NCBI GenBank assembly: GCA_963809485.1
Contig: CAWEJX010000006.1
Span: forward strand, 160,001-224,000
Origin: an uncultured Acidobacteriota bacterium
GTDB lineage: Bacteria; Acidobacteriota; UBA6911
DNA length: 64,000 bases
Reading direction: 5' to 3'
Numbering within the stretch: position 1 is the stretch's first letter; the number at the start of each line of letters is the position of its first letter. The translations under genes were made by a program, and so were the position numbers. Of the stretch, positions 10,144 to 19,960 are shown piece after piece. The notes under the pieces are model-generated. The model was not told the origin of the DNA. It did not search any database and saw nothing but the letters and a program-made list of their open reading frames with translations.

Positions 10144-10335
10144 AATCCGTTGGGAGATCCCGCGGCTCTGCCGGGGCGGCAGTACGAGTTTGACAAATCC
10201 CGGATTTTTTTATTCCCGGGTTCGGTAAAACCAAGAGGATATACACTGGAATATCGAATGTAGAATTTCGAATATCGAACCGCAGAAGCTATCGCCACAC
10301 TTCGATATTCATCATTCGTTATTCGACATTCTGCG
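10144..10335 (+). repeat. Second repeat family: IS200-like left end plus heptamer palindrome (copy 1)
   Basis: Collinear with 44112-44291; 3' half also present at 32963-33032. Confidence 0.7.
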
Positions 10336-10504
10336 TTTCAAATAGCTTGAAAGACATTTAATGCGCATGAAACTTCCTTTTTATCGGTAGCGACTAGGCC
10401 CTATTGAGAGGCCGGAAAACCCAGGATCGAGAGGATGGCATTTGCAGACCTGACATCGAATCCAAGCTATGCTATGCTGCCCCATCCCACTTTGGAGGAA
10501 AGTT

Positions 10505-11815
10505 ATGATCGACACGAAAATTACTTTGCCGGAATCTGAAATCCCTACGCATTTTTACAATATTCAGCCTGATCTGCCGACACCTCTTGCTCCGCCTCTG
10601 CATCCGGCGACTAAAGAACCTTTGGGTCCGGAAGCCCTGACACCGATTTTTCCCATGGGCGTCATCATGCAGGAAATGTCGCAGGAACGCATGATCGAAA
10701 TTCCCGACCAGGTCCGCGACATCTATCGCCTCTACCGGCCGAGTCCCATATTTCGCGCCAGGGCCCTGGAGGAGGTGCTCGATACGCCGGCCAAAATTTA
10801 CTATAAGTCCGAGCACGTAAGCCCGGTCGGCAGCCACAAGCTCAACACGGCTCTCATGCAGGCCTACATTAACAAACAGGAAGGCGTGAAGCGCATCGCC
10901 ACAGAAACCGGAGCCGGCCAGTGGGGAAGTGCGCTGGCCTGCGCCTGCAAATTGATGGGCCTCGAATGCATGGTTTATATGGTGCGGGTGAGCTACGATC
11001 AGAAGCCGTACCGCAAGATCATGATGAAGACCTACGGTGCCGACGTTGTCCCCAGCCCTTCTGAGCTGACCGAGGCTGGCAGAAAAGCTCTTGCGGAAGA
11101 TCCAGGATCTCCGGGGAGCCTCGGCCTTGCAATTTCTGAGGCCGTGGAGGACGCCGTCAAGCGCGATGATACCCGGTACTCCCTGGGCAGTGTGCTGAAT
11201 CACGTGCTGCTGCACCAATCCGTAATAGGTCAGGAGGCGATCAAACAGATGGAAATCGCGGGAGACTACCCGGACATACTGATAGCGTGCCACGGTGGAG
11301 GAAGCAATTTCGCCGGATTAGTCTTTCCGTTTTTGAATGATAAAATCAACGGATCCCGAAAGAACCTTCGGGCGATCGCCGTGGAGCCAAAAGCATGTCC
11401 GACGCTTACCCAAGGACCTCGCGAATACGACTTCGGAGATGTTGCAGGAAACACACCGCTTCTGCTGATGCACACGCTGGGGCATAAATTCATTCCGCCT
11501 CCCGTACATGCCGGCGGGCTGCGGTATCACGGCTCTGCGCCCCTGGTCAGCCACGTGCTTGCTGCCAAACTAATTGAAGCGGAAGCCTACAGTCAGGGAG
11601 AGGTCTTCGCCAGCGCCGTGAAATTCGCGCAGTGTGAAGGCACTATTCCGGCGCCCGAAAGCGCGCATGCGGTTCACAGCGCGATCGTGCATGCGCTCAA
11701 GGCGCGGGAATCCGGAGAGAAAAAGGTCATACTCTTCGGTCTTTCCGGACACGGCCACTTCGACCTGAGCGCTTATGAATCCTATCTTTCAGGGACGATG
11801 GATCTGAATTCGTAG
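10505..11815 (+). CDS. trpB: Tryptophan synthase beta chain, TrpB2 type
   Basis: [11 protein letters not shown] (PLP Lys), [30 protein letters not shown]; no trpA nearby. Confidence 0.95.
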   Translation: MIDTKITLPESEIPTHFYNIQPDLPTPLAPPLHPATKEPLGPEALTPIFPMGVIMQEMSQERMIEIPDQVRDIYRLYRPSPIFRARALEEVLDTPAKIYYKSEHVSPVGSHKLNTALMQAYINKQEGVKRIATETGAGQWGSALACACKLMGLECMVYMVRVSYDQKPYRKIMMKTYGADVVPSPSELTEAGRKALAEDPGSPGSLGLAISEAVEDAVKRDDTRYSLGSVLNHVLLHQSVIGQEAIKQMEIAGDYPDILIACHGGGSNFAGLVFPFLNDKINGSRKNLRAIAVEPKACPTLTQGPREYDFGDVAGNTPLLLMHTLGHKFIPPPVHAGGLRYHGSAPLVSHVLAAKLIEAEAYSQGEVFASAVKFAQCEGTIPAPESAHAVHSAIVHALKARESGEKKVILFGLSGHGHFDLSAYESYLSGTMDLNS

Positions 11816-11991
11816 GAATCCCCGGAAACAATATCGCACAATATTGCGCAACACCGCGCAACGCGGCGAGCCGAAGGGTGCGCGGACCATTATTCATTAG
11901 CAGGGGCGGCCGCAATGCCGCCCCCTGCAAAACCGCAATATTCGCCGGCGGCGCCCGGAGCAATGGAACGTCGGTGATGCGATGTTTCTGT

Positions 11992-12411
11992 CTATTTGGC
12001 GCGTTTTGCGACAAATTCCTCGTTGGCCATGTCGGCTACATTGCGCGTGAACTTGATCTCGTCTCCGGATACTTTCCCCTTGTAGACGATCTTGACTTCC
12101 TGACTCTGATACTTCTGCATTTCCGTGAACGAGATCTCGTCGCCGCTGATCTTGCCTTCCAGTATATCGGATTGCGAGGGCGCTCCCGCGATGTCAGCCG
12201 AAGCTTTGCCCGTCAGCTTGTCCCCTGCGTTCAATCTGATCCCGGCCAGGGCTTCAATAACGCCAATCACGGCCGAATTATCCAGCTCGGCCATGTTCAT
12301 GTACCGCCTCTCGGCTCCGGTTATGAACGACAAGGGGGAATCCGGCCCCTAATATGTTCCGGGCGATGGATTTGCCCATGATACCCAGTCCTATGTAGCC
12401 AATGATGGGCA
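11992..12411 (-). pseudogene. Chimeric remnant: N- and C-termini of a 2-hydroxy-3-oxopropionate reductase-like gene fused to the C-terminus of an unrelated beta-rich protein
   Basis: MPIIGYIGLGIMG...HNRS; then in another frame ELDNSAVIGVIEALAG; then GDKLTGK...GKISGDEISF...KGKVSGDEIKFTR. Confidence 0.65.
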
Positions 12412-12570
12412 TGAAACACTCCTTATAGAAAAAAAGGCGCGTCCGGAACAGCCTGTCCGCAGTCGCATGGAGGCTTGGGAGTTCCAGGTTTTCAATTGAA
12501 CAAAAGGCTCCGTCTGCATATACTTTGCGGTTTGCAGTTTTAAAATCCAATATAGCTAGCAGAGGGAATT

Positions 12571-14964
12571 ATGTACCAGGTGATTAGGCGAGAGCAATTC
12601 GGTCCGGTCACTTTTCTTTGGGAGGTTGTTGCTCCCGAGGTGGCCAAATCATGTCAGCCAGGTCATTTCGTCATGGTACGCATCGATGAGACGGGGGAAC
12701 GCATCCCCTTGACGGTTGCGGACTTCGACCGAGATAAGGGCACAGTGACAATTGTTGTCCAGGCTGTAGGCAAAACAACGCATCAGATGATGGCTCTTCC
12801 TGAGGCATCATCGGTGGTCGATTTCATCGGCCCGCTGGGATTGGCCTCCCATCTGGAAAAACGCAAAAAGGCAGTGCTTGTCGGCGGAGGTTTGGGAGTT
12901 GCTCCGGTCTTCCCGCAATTGAGACGCCATAAGGAGTTAGGAACCTACACGATATCGGTGATCGGCTTCCGGAACAAGGATCTGATGTTCTGGGCGGACC
13001 AGTTTTCCAGGCATTCGGACGAATTCCGTGTTGCGACGGACGACGGTTCCTACGGTACCAAAGGCTTCGTGACCGTCGTGCTCGACCAGGTTCTGAAGGA
13101 ACACAAGGATATCGAAGAAGTTATTGCCATCGGCCCCCTTCCGATGATGAAAGCCTGCGCCGAGATGACACGGCCGCTGGGCATACGCACCATGGTCAGC
13201 CTGAACTCCATCATGGTGGACGGTACCGGCATGTGCGGGTCCTGCCGCGTGACCATCGGCAACAAAATGAAGTTTGCCTGCGTCGACGGTCCCGATTTCG
13301 ATGGTCATCAGGTCAATTTTGACGAATTGATGCTTCGCCAGAAGCGTTTTGAATGTGAAGAGCAGGAATGCCTGAAGCGCTACGAGGAAGAGCGCAAAAA
13401 ACTGGCAGAAATTGGAAAGGGCGGACCCAATCCGGCGGTCGTTACGGCGCGTCAAAGGCCGAGAATTGAAGACATGCCGGAAGTTCCCGTCCCCGTGCCT
13501 CCTCCCGCCGGCAAAGTCGTAAAGAGCATCAAAACCATCGCTCCGAAACGCACGGCGATGCCCGAGCAGGACCCGGTTGTCCGCAGCAAAAATTTCGAAG
13601 AGGTTGCCCAGGGCTACACTCTGGAAATGGCGCTCGCCGAGGCAGACCGCTGCCTCCAGTGCAAGAAGCCGAAGTGCGTCCCCGGATGCCCGGTCGAGAT
13701 CGATATCCCGGGCTTTATTGGGGCGCTGGCGCGCAAGGACATCAGGGAGTCCTACAGGATTCTCAAGGACGCAAATGCGTTGCCGGCTGTCTGCGGCCGT
13801 GTCTGCCCGCAGGAGGTGCAGTGCGAGGCAACCTGCGTCCTCAACAACAAGCTTGAACCGGTTGCCGTCGGGCGCCTCGAGCGGTTCGTGGCCGATTTTG
13901 CCGTGGGACGCGGATGGGATAAGGCTCCCGAGTTCAAGCGCACGGGCAAGAAGGCGGCCATCATCGGTTCCGGCCCCGCAGGGCTTGCCTGTGCCGGCGA
14001 TCTGATCAAGGCAGGCGTGGATGTTACTGTTTACGAAGCCCTCCATGTTGCGGGCGGAGTGCTTAAGTACGGTATCCCGGAATTCCGTCTTCCCAACGAT
14101 ACTATTGACATCGAGATCGATGGCCTGGCCAAACTGGGAGTCAAGTTCGAGCGCGACTGCATCATCGGCAAACTTTTCACGATTCCCCAGTTGATGTCTG
14201 AGAAGGGATACAACACGGTATTCGTCGCCACGGGAGCGGGGAGCCCGAAATTCATGGGCATTCCGGGTGAAGCCTACAACGGCGTCGTCTCGGCCAACGA
14301 ACTCCTGACGCGCATCAACCTCATGCAAGGCTTCCGGCAGCCGCTTTACGACACTCCGGTGGGAATGGGAAAACGCGTGGCCGTCATCGGTGCAGGGAAC
14401 ACTGCCATGGACGCAATGCGCGTTTCGATGCGCATGGGCGCCGAGAAGGTGTACCTGGTGTACCGGCGGAGCATCAAGGAATCGCCGGCGCGTGCCGAGG
14501 AACTGCATCACGCCATCGAGGAAGGCATCATCGCCAAATGGCTCACCAATCCTGTGCGCATCATAGGCAACGATGCGGGCTGGGTGACGGGCATGGAAGT
14601 GATTTCGATGGAGCTCGGCGAGCCCGATGCCTCCGGCCGGCGCAGCCCGATCCCCAAGAAGGGCTCCGAGCACATGTTGGATGTGGATATGGCGGTCTAT
14701 GCTTTGGGCACCTCGGCCAATCCGATCATTGCCCAGAGCACGCCCGGTTTGAAGGTCAACCGCTGGGGATATATAGAAATCGACGAGGTCACCGGCATGA
14801 CATCCGTGCCGGGATTGTTTGCCGGCGGCGACATCGTGACCGGGTCGGCAACCGTTATTTTGGCCATGGGAGCCGGGCGGCGTGCCGCCCGCGGCATGCT
14901 GCATTACATGGAGCTGGGACCCATGCCGGAAAAGAAGGCAGCCGTACCGGCCAAAGGCGAATAG
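12571..14964 (+). CDS. Fused NfnAB/SudAB-type electron-bifurcating ferredoxin:NADP oxidoreductase (GltD-like fusion)
   Basis: ERIPLT and MVDGTGMCGSCR...CVDGPDF, Pro-rich linker, then RCLQC, CGRVCPQE, GSGPAG, GAGNTAMD, GGDIVTG. Confidence 0.92.
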   Translation: MYQVIRREQFGPVTFLWEVVAPEVAKSCQPGHFVMVRIDETGERIPLTVADFDRDKGTVTIVVQAVGKTTHQMMALPEASSVVDFIGPLGLASHLEKRKKAVLVGGGLGVAPVFPQLRRHKELGTYTISVIGFRNKDLMFWADQFSRHSDEFRVATDDGSYGTKGFVTVVLDQVLKEHKDIEEVIAIGPLPMMKACAEMTRPLGIRTMVSLNSIMVDGTGMCGSCRVTIGNKMKFACVDGPDFDGHQVNFDELMLRQKRFECEEQECLKRYEEERKKLAEIGKGGPNPAVVTARQRPRIEDMPEVPVPVPPPAGKVVKSIKTIAPKRTAMPEQDPVVRSKNFEEVAQGYTLEMALAEADRCLQCKKPKCVPGCPVEIDIPGFIGALARKDIRESYRILKDANALPAVCGRVCPQEVQCEATCVLNNKLEPVAVGRLERFVADFAVGRGWDKAPEFKRTGKKAAIIGSGPAGLACAGDLIKAGVDVTVYEALHVAGGVLKYGIPEFRLPNDTIDIEIDGLAKLGVKFERDCIIGKLFTIPQLMSEKGYNTVFVATGAGSPKFMGIPGEAYNGVVSANELLTRINLMQGFRQPLYDTPVGMGKRVAVIGAGNTAMDAMRVSMRMGAEKVYLVYRRSIKESPARAEELHHAIEEGIIAKWLTNPVRIIGNDAGWVTGMEVISMELGEPDASGRRSPIPKKGSEHMLDVDMAVYALGTSANPIIAQSTPGLKVNRWGYIEIDEVTGMTSVPGLFAGGDIVTGSATVILAMGAGRRAARGMLHYMELGPMPEKKAAVPAKGE

Positions 14965-15025
14965 CTTTTTCTCGCCTGTCCTCTAATCGGTCGAATGTGC
15001 AGGGGACAGCGGATCGGCAAATTTT

Positions 15026-15066
15026 TAAAGGGGGATTCCGGGCGTATGTCCGGAATCCCCCTTTAA
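15026..15066. terminator. Strong hairpin/terminator
   Basis: ttaaagggggattccgg / ccggaatccccctttaa perfect 17-bp inverted repeat. Confidence 0.7.
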
Positions 15067-15460
15067 TCACAAGACCCATCCCGCCCGATCGTCATACCGG
15101 GATCCACCCGGATCATCATCCTCCAAATTGCCATTGCCGCTTGCGGAGAATGATTGCCGCCGGTAGATGGGTTCCGAGTGAATTCGTGTGTTCCGCGGCC
15201 CCAAAATGAGGGACTCCGAGCGGCCTTATTATTTCTTGAATTCGGGACATAAACGAGAGTATGGTGATCCGACACCTCATTTTCGCGCGGTTTGGGTGTG
15301 CATCATGGTTATGTATTTCTTATAACCTTCAACCGGGCAATTAAAGTTTCAGGGTAATTCGTCAGGGGCAAAGGAATCCACCGATTCCAGGGAAACGTGG
15401 GCGACAAGCTCATAGGATTGTTTTTAGCCTCAGGTTTTACCAATTCAGACGGAGGATAGA

Positions 15461-16822
15461 ATGGCCACCGAAGAAAAGAAAATGACCAAGGAGGAGTTGC
15501 TGGCCAAGGCATACAAGCCCGCACAGGATGCGATGAAACTTCATCCGTTCTTCACGGGAAAGCTGGAGACTTCACCGAAGTGCTGCATTCGGGATTTTGA
15601 TGATTTTGCCATCTGGTACACGCCAGGCGTGGCTGAAGTGTGCAAGGACATCTTCAAGCATCCCGAGAAGGTATTCGAGCATACCAACAAAGGGAACATG
15701 GTAGCAGTTGTTTCAGACGGCACCCGCATCCTGGGCCTGGGCGACATCGGCCCCGAAGCCGGATTGCCGGTCATGGAAGGGAAAGGCATTCTCTTTAAAT
15801 ACCTCGGGGGTGTGGATGCATTCCCGATCTGCCTTAATACCAAAGATCCGGATGAGATCATCCGGACAGTAGAGCTTCTCCAGCCGTCTTTCGGCGGGGT
15901 GAACCTCGAAGATATCTCACAGCCCAAATGTTTCTACATCCTCGCTGAATTGCGCAAGCGCTGCAAGATCCCGGTCTGGCATGACGACCAGCAGGGAACT
16001 GCGACAGTTTGCCTGGCCGGGTTGATCAACGCCCTGAAGATCGTCGGAAAGCGAATTGAGGACGCAAAAATCACCCTGGTCGGCGCGGGCGCGGCGAACA
16101 TCCGGATCGGCACGGTCTATATGGCCTATGGAGCGAGGCCCGAGAATCTGATCTTCGTGGATACGAAGGGAACGCTGCACAGGGGCCGTACCGAGCTTAA
16201 GGATACGCACCCGGATAAATGGCACATGTGCCAGATCACGAATAAAAACAATCTGGTTGGCAATGTCGAAGAAGCGATGCGCGGAGCCGATGTGCTTTCC
16301 GCCGCCTCCACGCCCGGACCGGATACTATCAAAAAAGAATGGGTAGCCGGCATGGCAAAGGATCCCGTCGTTTTCATCACGGCCAACCCGATCCCGGAGA
16401 TGTGGCCATGGGATGCCAAGGAAGTTGGCGCCCGCGTCATCGGAACCGGCCGGTCGGATTTCCCGAATCAGATCAACAATTCCCTTGGATTCCCCGGCAT
16501 CTTCAGAGGAACGCTGGATGTGTCGGCTACAACCATCACGGATGAGATGTGCATTGCCGCGGCGTCCGAGCTTGCGAAATGTGCCGAGGATCGGGGCATT
16601 TCTCCGGACTATATAGTCCCGAAGATGGATGAGCCCGATGTTTTTGTCCGGGAAGCTGTCGCCGTCGGCATGAAGGCGATCGAGCAAGGTGTGGCGCGCA
16701 AAATCCTGACGCGGGATCAGCTTTTCAAACAGGCCGATTTCATGATCAGCCGAGCCCGCAGGGAAACCCAATTAAAGATGAGGGAGCAAATTATCCCTAC
16801 CGTTCCCGACGCTTTGAAATAA
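15461..16822 (+). CDS. NAD(P)-dependent malic enzyme
   Basis: YTPGVA, DGTRILGLGDIG, HDDQQGT, GAGAA, TGRSDFPNQINN. Confidence 0.95.
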   Translation: MATEEKKMTKEELLAKAYKPAQDAMKLHPFFTGKLETSPKCCIRDFDDFAIWYTPGVAEVCKDIFKHPEKVFEHTNKGNMVAVVSDGTRILGLGDIGPEAGLPVMEGKGILFKYLGGVDAFPICLNTKDPDEIIRTVELLQPSFGGVNLEDISQPKCFYILAELRKRCKIPVWHDDQQGTATVCLAGLINALKIVGKRIEDAKITLVGAGAANIRIGTVYMAYGARPENLIFVDTKGTLHRGRTELKDTHPDKWHMCQITNKNNLVGNVEEAMRGADVLSAASTPGPDTIKKEWVAGMAKDPVVFITANPIPEMWPWDAKEVGARVIGTGRSDFPNQINNSLGFPGIFRGTLDVSATTITDEMCIAAASELAKCAEDRGISPDYIVPKMDEPDVFVREAVAVGMKAIEQGVARKILTRDQLFKQADFMISRARRETQLKMREQIIPTVPDALK

Positions 16823-16847
16823 GCCGGACTGGACTTGGTTGATGCAC

Positions 16848-16905
16848 AAAACGGGGACGCCCGCTCGAACGACCACAGCATTGAGCGACGCGTCCCCCGT
16901 TTTTT
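16848..16905 (+). terminator. Terminator-like hairpin
   Basis: aaaacggggacgc...gcgtcccccgtttttt. Confidence 0.6.
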
Positions 16906-17031
16906 GCAGGGCGGCAATCCCTCCTGCGTCGACCGAGCAACCGCGCGCTGCACGCGGATCCTGCCGATATCCGGACTGGAATTCATTCCATTCGTGCCTA
17001 TTCGTGGCTGATTTTTCTTTTCTGGAGAGGA

Positions 17032-18183
17032 ATGGCAAGGAATATTGTAGTGTGCTGTGACGGCACCGGCAACGAATACGGAGACAATAATACAAACGTT
17101 CTCAAGCTTTATTCCATCCTGCCCAAAAATGACGACGGGCAAATATCGTTTTATGATCCCGGCGTCGGCACTTACGCACTCCCTGCAACGCTTACAAAAG
17201 CCGTCAGGTCCGCTGCGAAAATCCTGGGTTTGGCTTTCGGGCGGGGGATTACGGCCAACATCGCCGATGCCTACCGGTTTCTGATGCGGACCTATGAACG
17301 CGGCGACCGTGTGTTTCTGTTCGGGTTCAGCCGCGGCGCATACACGGTCCGCGCCGTAGCGGCGATGCTGTATAAATGCGGGCTTCTGGATCAGCGGAAC
17401 GACAACCTGCTGCCCTGCGCGCTCAACCTCTTCAGGCATGAAATGCGGCCCAGGATTTATGCCGGATTCCGCCGCACCTTTTCCAGGCAATGTCCCGTTC
17501 ACTTTTTAGGAATATGGGATACGGTGAAATCCGTGGGCTGGATCTATGACCCGCTTACGCTTCAATTCACCAGAAGCAATCCCTGCGTGCGGGTCGTGAG
17601 GCACGCCGTAGCCATCGACGAGCGGCGATGTTTCTATCGACAGAACCTGTGGGGCTCGCCCGATGCGGGACAGGATGTGAAGCAGGCGTGGTTCGCCGGC
17701 TCGCATTCGGACGTCGGGGGGTCCTACCCCGAAAGGGAAAGCGGCCTTTCCCAGATTGCGCTGCAGTGGATGATAGAAGAAGCGATGCGCTGCGGGCTTG
17801 CGACCGACCGCAAACGGTATGAGACCGTGGTGCCGCGGACGGCTTCCACTGCGGAATACAGGACGGATGACGAGGATCAGGAAACCGAGTTTCACAGCCC
17901 TCCGGACTTCCGCGGCCCGATTCACGAATCCCTCAGAGGCTTCTGGTGGATCCCCGAATTCATCCCGAAGATGTATTTCGATCCGCGCGATGAGTACCGC
18001 AGAAAACTCATGATTCCGCGGGGCAGGAGACGCTGGATTCCCGAGGGTTCGGTTATTCACGAATCGGTGCTGCGTCGCATGCGGGACCCAGCGATGAACT
18101 ATCATCCTCCCAACCTGCCCAGGCAATACCAGGTGATCCCAAACACGGCGGAGTCCGGCGCCGCGGCAGAAAGCCTGTCTTGA
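17032..18183 (+). CDS. DUF2235 (Tle1-like) alpha/beta hydrolase, putative phospholipase
   Basis: CCDGTGN, YDPGVGT, GFSRGA nucleophile elbow, GIWDTV, HAVAIDERR, WFAGSHSDVGG. Confidence 0.92.
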   Translation: MARNIVVCCDGTGNEYGDNNTNVLKLYSILPKNDDGQISFYDPGVGTYALPATLTKAVRSAAKILGLAFGRGITANIADAYRFLMRTYERGDRVFLFGFSRGAYTVRAVAAMLYKCGLLDQRNDNLLPCALNLFRHEMRPRIYAGFRRTFSRQCPVHFLGIWDTVKSVGWIYDPLTLQFTRSNPCVRVVRHAVAIDERRCFYRQNLWGSPDAGQDVKQAWFAGSHSDVGGSYPERESGLSQIALQWMIEEAMRCGLATDRKRYETVVPRTASTAEYRTDDEDQETEFHSPPDFRGPIHESLRGFWWIPEFIPKMYFDPRDEYRRKLMIPRGRRRWIPEGSVIHESVLRRMRDPAMNYHPPNLPRQYQVIPNTAESGAAAESLS

Positions 18184-18244
18184 AACAACCAGCCGCGAAT
18201 CGATGCAAATTTGGTATGAGTGAAACCGGCGGCACCATTTTGGG

Positions 18245-18457
18245 CTACGGGAAAATCAGCCTGTGAAGCCGGTGGAGGCAATAAATCAAAAACAGGATTT
18301 GTGCAGCAATTATGACCCGGTACAATGCCGGCTTTGGCCTTTTTGCAGCGCCGCTCGCCTCGGCTTGGGCTTTCATTTTGGGTATACCGAAGAGGATCTG
18401 ATATAAAACCCAGGCTCCCATACCGCAAAGCGCAACCAGGACCAGAATGAATTCCAT
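18245..18457 (-). CDS. Small two-TM membrane protein, last gene of the ESCRT-like cluster
   Basis: Two hydrophobic segments (MEFILVLVALCGMGAWVLYQILFG; VIIAAQILFLIYCL) around a basic loop. Confidence 0.55.
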   Translation of the reverse strand: MEFILVLVALCGMGAWVLYQILFGIPKMKAQAEASGAAKRPKPALYRVIIAAQILFLIYCLHRLHRLIFP

Positions 18458-18512
18458 AGATTTTGCACGGTAGAATCCTGCGGATCCTACCCCGGAATTG
18501 ATTGGCGCAAAC

Positions 18513-19937
18513 TCAGCCCGCAACCGGTGGAAGAGGCTTCACGGGAGTCTGGGCGGAGCGAGCCGACGTGATATCAATGGCACATTGGAAGTCATCAGGC
18601 TTCTCCAGAAGCAGTTCCATGCCTTGGGCTATGCATTCATCGAAGCTTTTAGGCACGCTGGCCGTGAATGTGGTCGAATTCATCGGAATCCAGTCGCCGC
18701 TCGATACCAGGGCCGCTGCAGCCCGATGATCGTGAAGGACAGGGCTGTTGAGCATTTTCTCCTGTGTCCACACGCCGAAGAAAGCATGACCCCGGATTAT
18801 GAAGACGAGAGGGTGAAGCCCTATTCTTTCCAGACACGATGCGCAAAGAACCGCAAGGTCGAGGCAGGTCCCGTGGCGATGCTCGAGTATCTGCTCGGGG
18901 AAAAAGATCTTTTGCCACAATGTAAAACTTCCGTCCGGCAGCTTTTCCCCCCGCTCGAAGCTGGCCGGAGGATTGATATAACCCAGCTGCAGGTCCTCCT
19001 GAAGAACCAGGTAGAGGGCTCCGATCATCTCGAGTGCTTTTTCGGGGCTTCCGCTCTGATAACCGCTCAGGCTGGCGTCGTGACGCTCGCGCCGAAGGCG
19101 TGCCTGTGCCAGGGAAACGATTTTTTCGACGGCAACAGAATTCGGTTGTACGAAGCAGGCGAGGGTTTGGGCAATAGCCGGGTGGTAATACCAGTCGTTA
19201 TAGGCAAGTACCTCAATGGGCAGGGTCTCGGAATACTGCAGGGAACCTTCCGTGTAGACATCCGCGCGCAACCCTGCTCTTTCAGCTTCGCGAACCTCCT
19301 GCAGCCGGCTCCTGTTCAGAGGGATCACGATATCAGATTCGGTGTGCGTGCCTCCCGGTGAGACAGAGGGCACGCTCTTCTGCCAGGGTTCGCCGTAATC
19401 AGGCGCCACCCAGGCTTTTATCAGAAGGTCGTGGGCAGGTTCCGCCGAGGTATTTCGGACAGCAAGGGAACGGATGAGCGGCAGCCCTGCGTGAGTCAGC
19501 GCATAGCTCAAGCGGGGAAGCATCTGAATCTGGACCTCAAGGTTGCGTGTTGTCACTTGTTCCAACGATGGACGCTGTACGGTTCGGGAAAGCCCGGCCG
19601 CGTCCGCTGCCGGCAGTCTGGATTCCGGAAATGCAGCGGGCGTGCCGCGATCCTGCCGGTCAGACATCTGGGTGCGGAAGTCGGGCAAGCCCGGCATGGA
19701 GCTGTCCAGATCCGAAATGGAGGAGTTTGCCTCGCGCAGGGCGTCAGACAACTCTCTCTGGATGTCCTTGAGGATACCGCTCCTCTGTTGCCGAAGCACG
19801 TCGCGCACTCCGTGCACGCTGCTCTGAAGGTTTTTGCTCTCTCCTTTTTCAGGGAGGGGGGCCGGCAGCGGTTTGCCGCAGTTCTGACAAAACTTTCCCC
19901 CGCCGCCTTCTTCGTTGCAGTTTGGGCATAAAGCCAT
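18513..19937 (-). CDS. Zinc ribbon + Ig-like + transglutaminase/papain-like domain protein
   Basis: CPNC...FCQNCG; YINPPASFE...QKI, GTCLDL (Cys), GHAFFGVW (His); resembles the N-terminal region of DUF4011/DUF3320 helicases; GAGGAGG RBS. Confidence 0.75.
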   Translation of the reverse strand: MALCPNCNEEGGGGKFCQNCGKPLPAPLPEKGESKNLQSSVHGVRDVLRQQRSGILKDIQRELSDALREANSSISDLDSSMPGLPDFRTQMSDRQDRGTPAAFPESRLPAADAAGLSRTVQRPSLEQVTTRNLEVQIQMLPRLSYALTHAGLPLIRSLAVRNTSAEPAHDLLIKAWVAPDYGEPWQKSVPSVSPGGTHTESDIVIPLNRSRLQEVREAERAGLRADVYTEGSLQYSETLPIEVLAYNDWYYHPAIAQTLACFVQPNSVAVEKIVSLAQARLRRERHDASLSGYQSGSPEKALEMIGALYLVLQEDLQLGYINPPASFERGEKLPDGSFTLWQKIFFPEQILEHRHGTCLDLAVLCASCLERIGLHPLVFIIRGHAFFGVWTQEKMLNSPVLHDHRAAAALVSSGDWIPMNSTTFTASVPKSFDECIAQGMELLLEKPDDFQCAIDITSARSAQTPVKPLPPVAG

Positions 19938-19960
19938 AATTCGCTGCCTCCTCTGTGGAC

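Noticed and set aside
12937-14904. Long antisense ORFs (655 aa here; also 20861-22009, 23738-24826, 41087-42580)
   Set aside because: They shadow well-supported genes on the opposite strand, as expected at high GC, and carry no motifs
18513-19937. Calling a DUF4011 helicase defence system
   Set aside because: No helicase, Vsr nuclease or DUF3320 region is present
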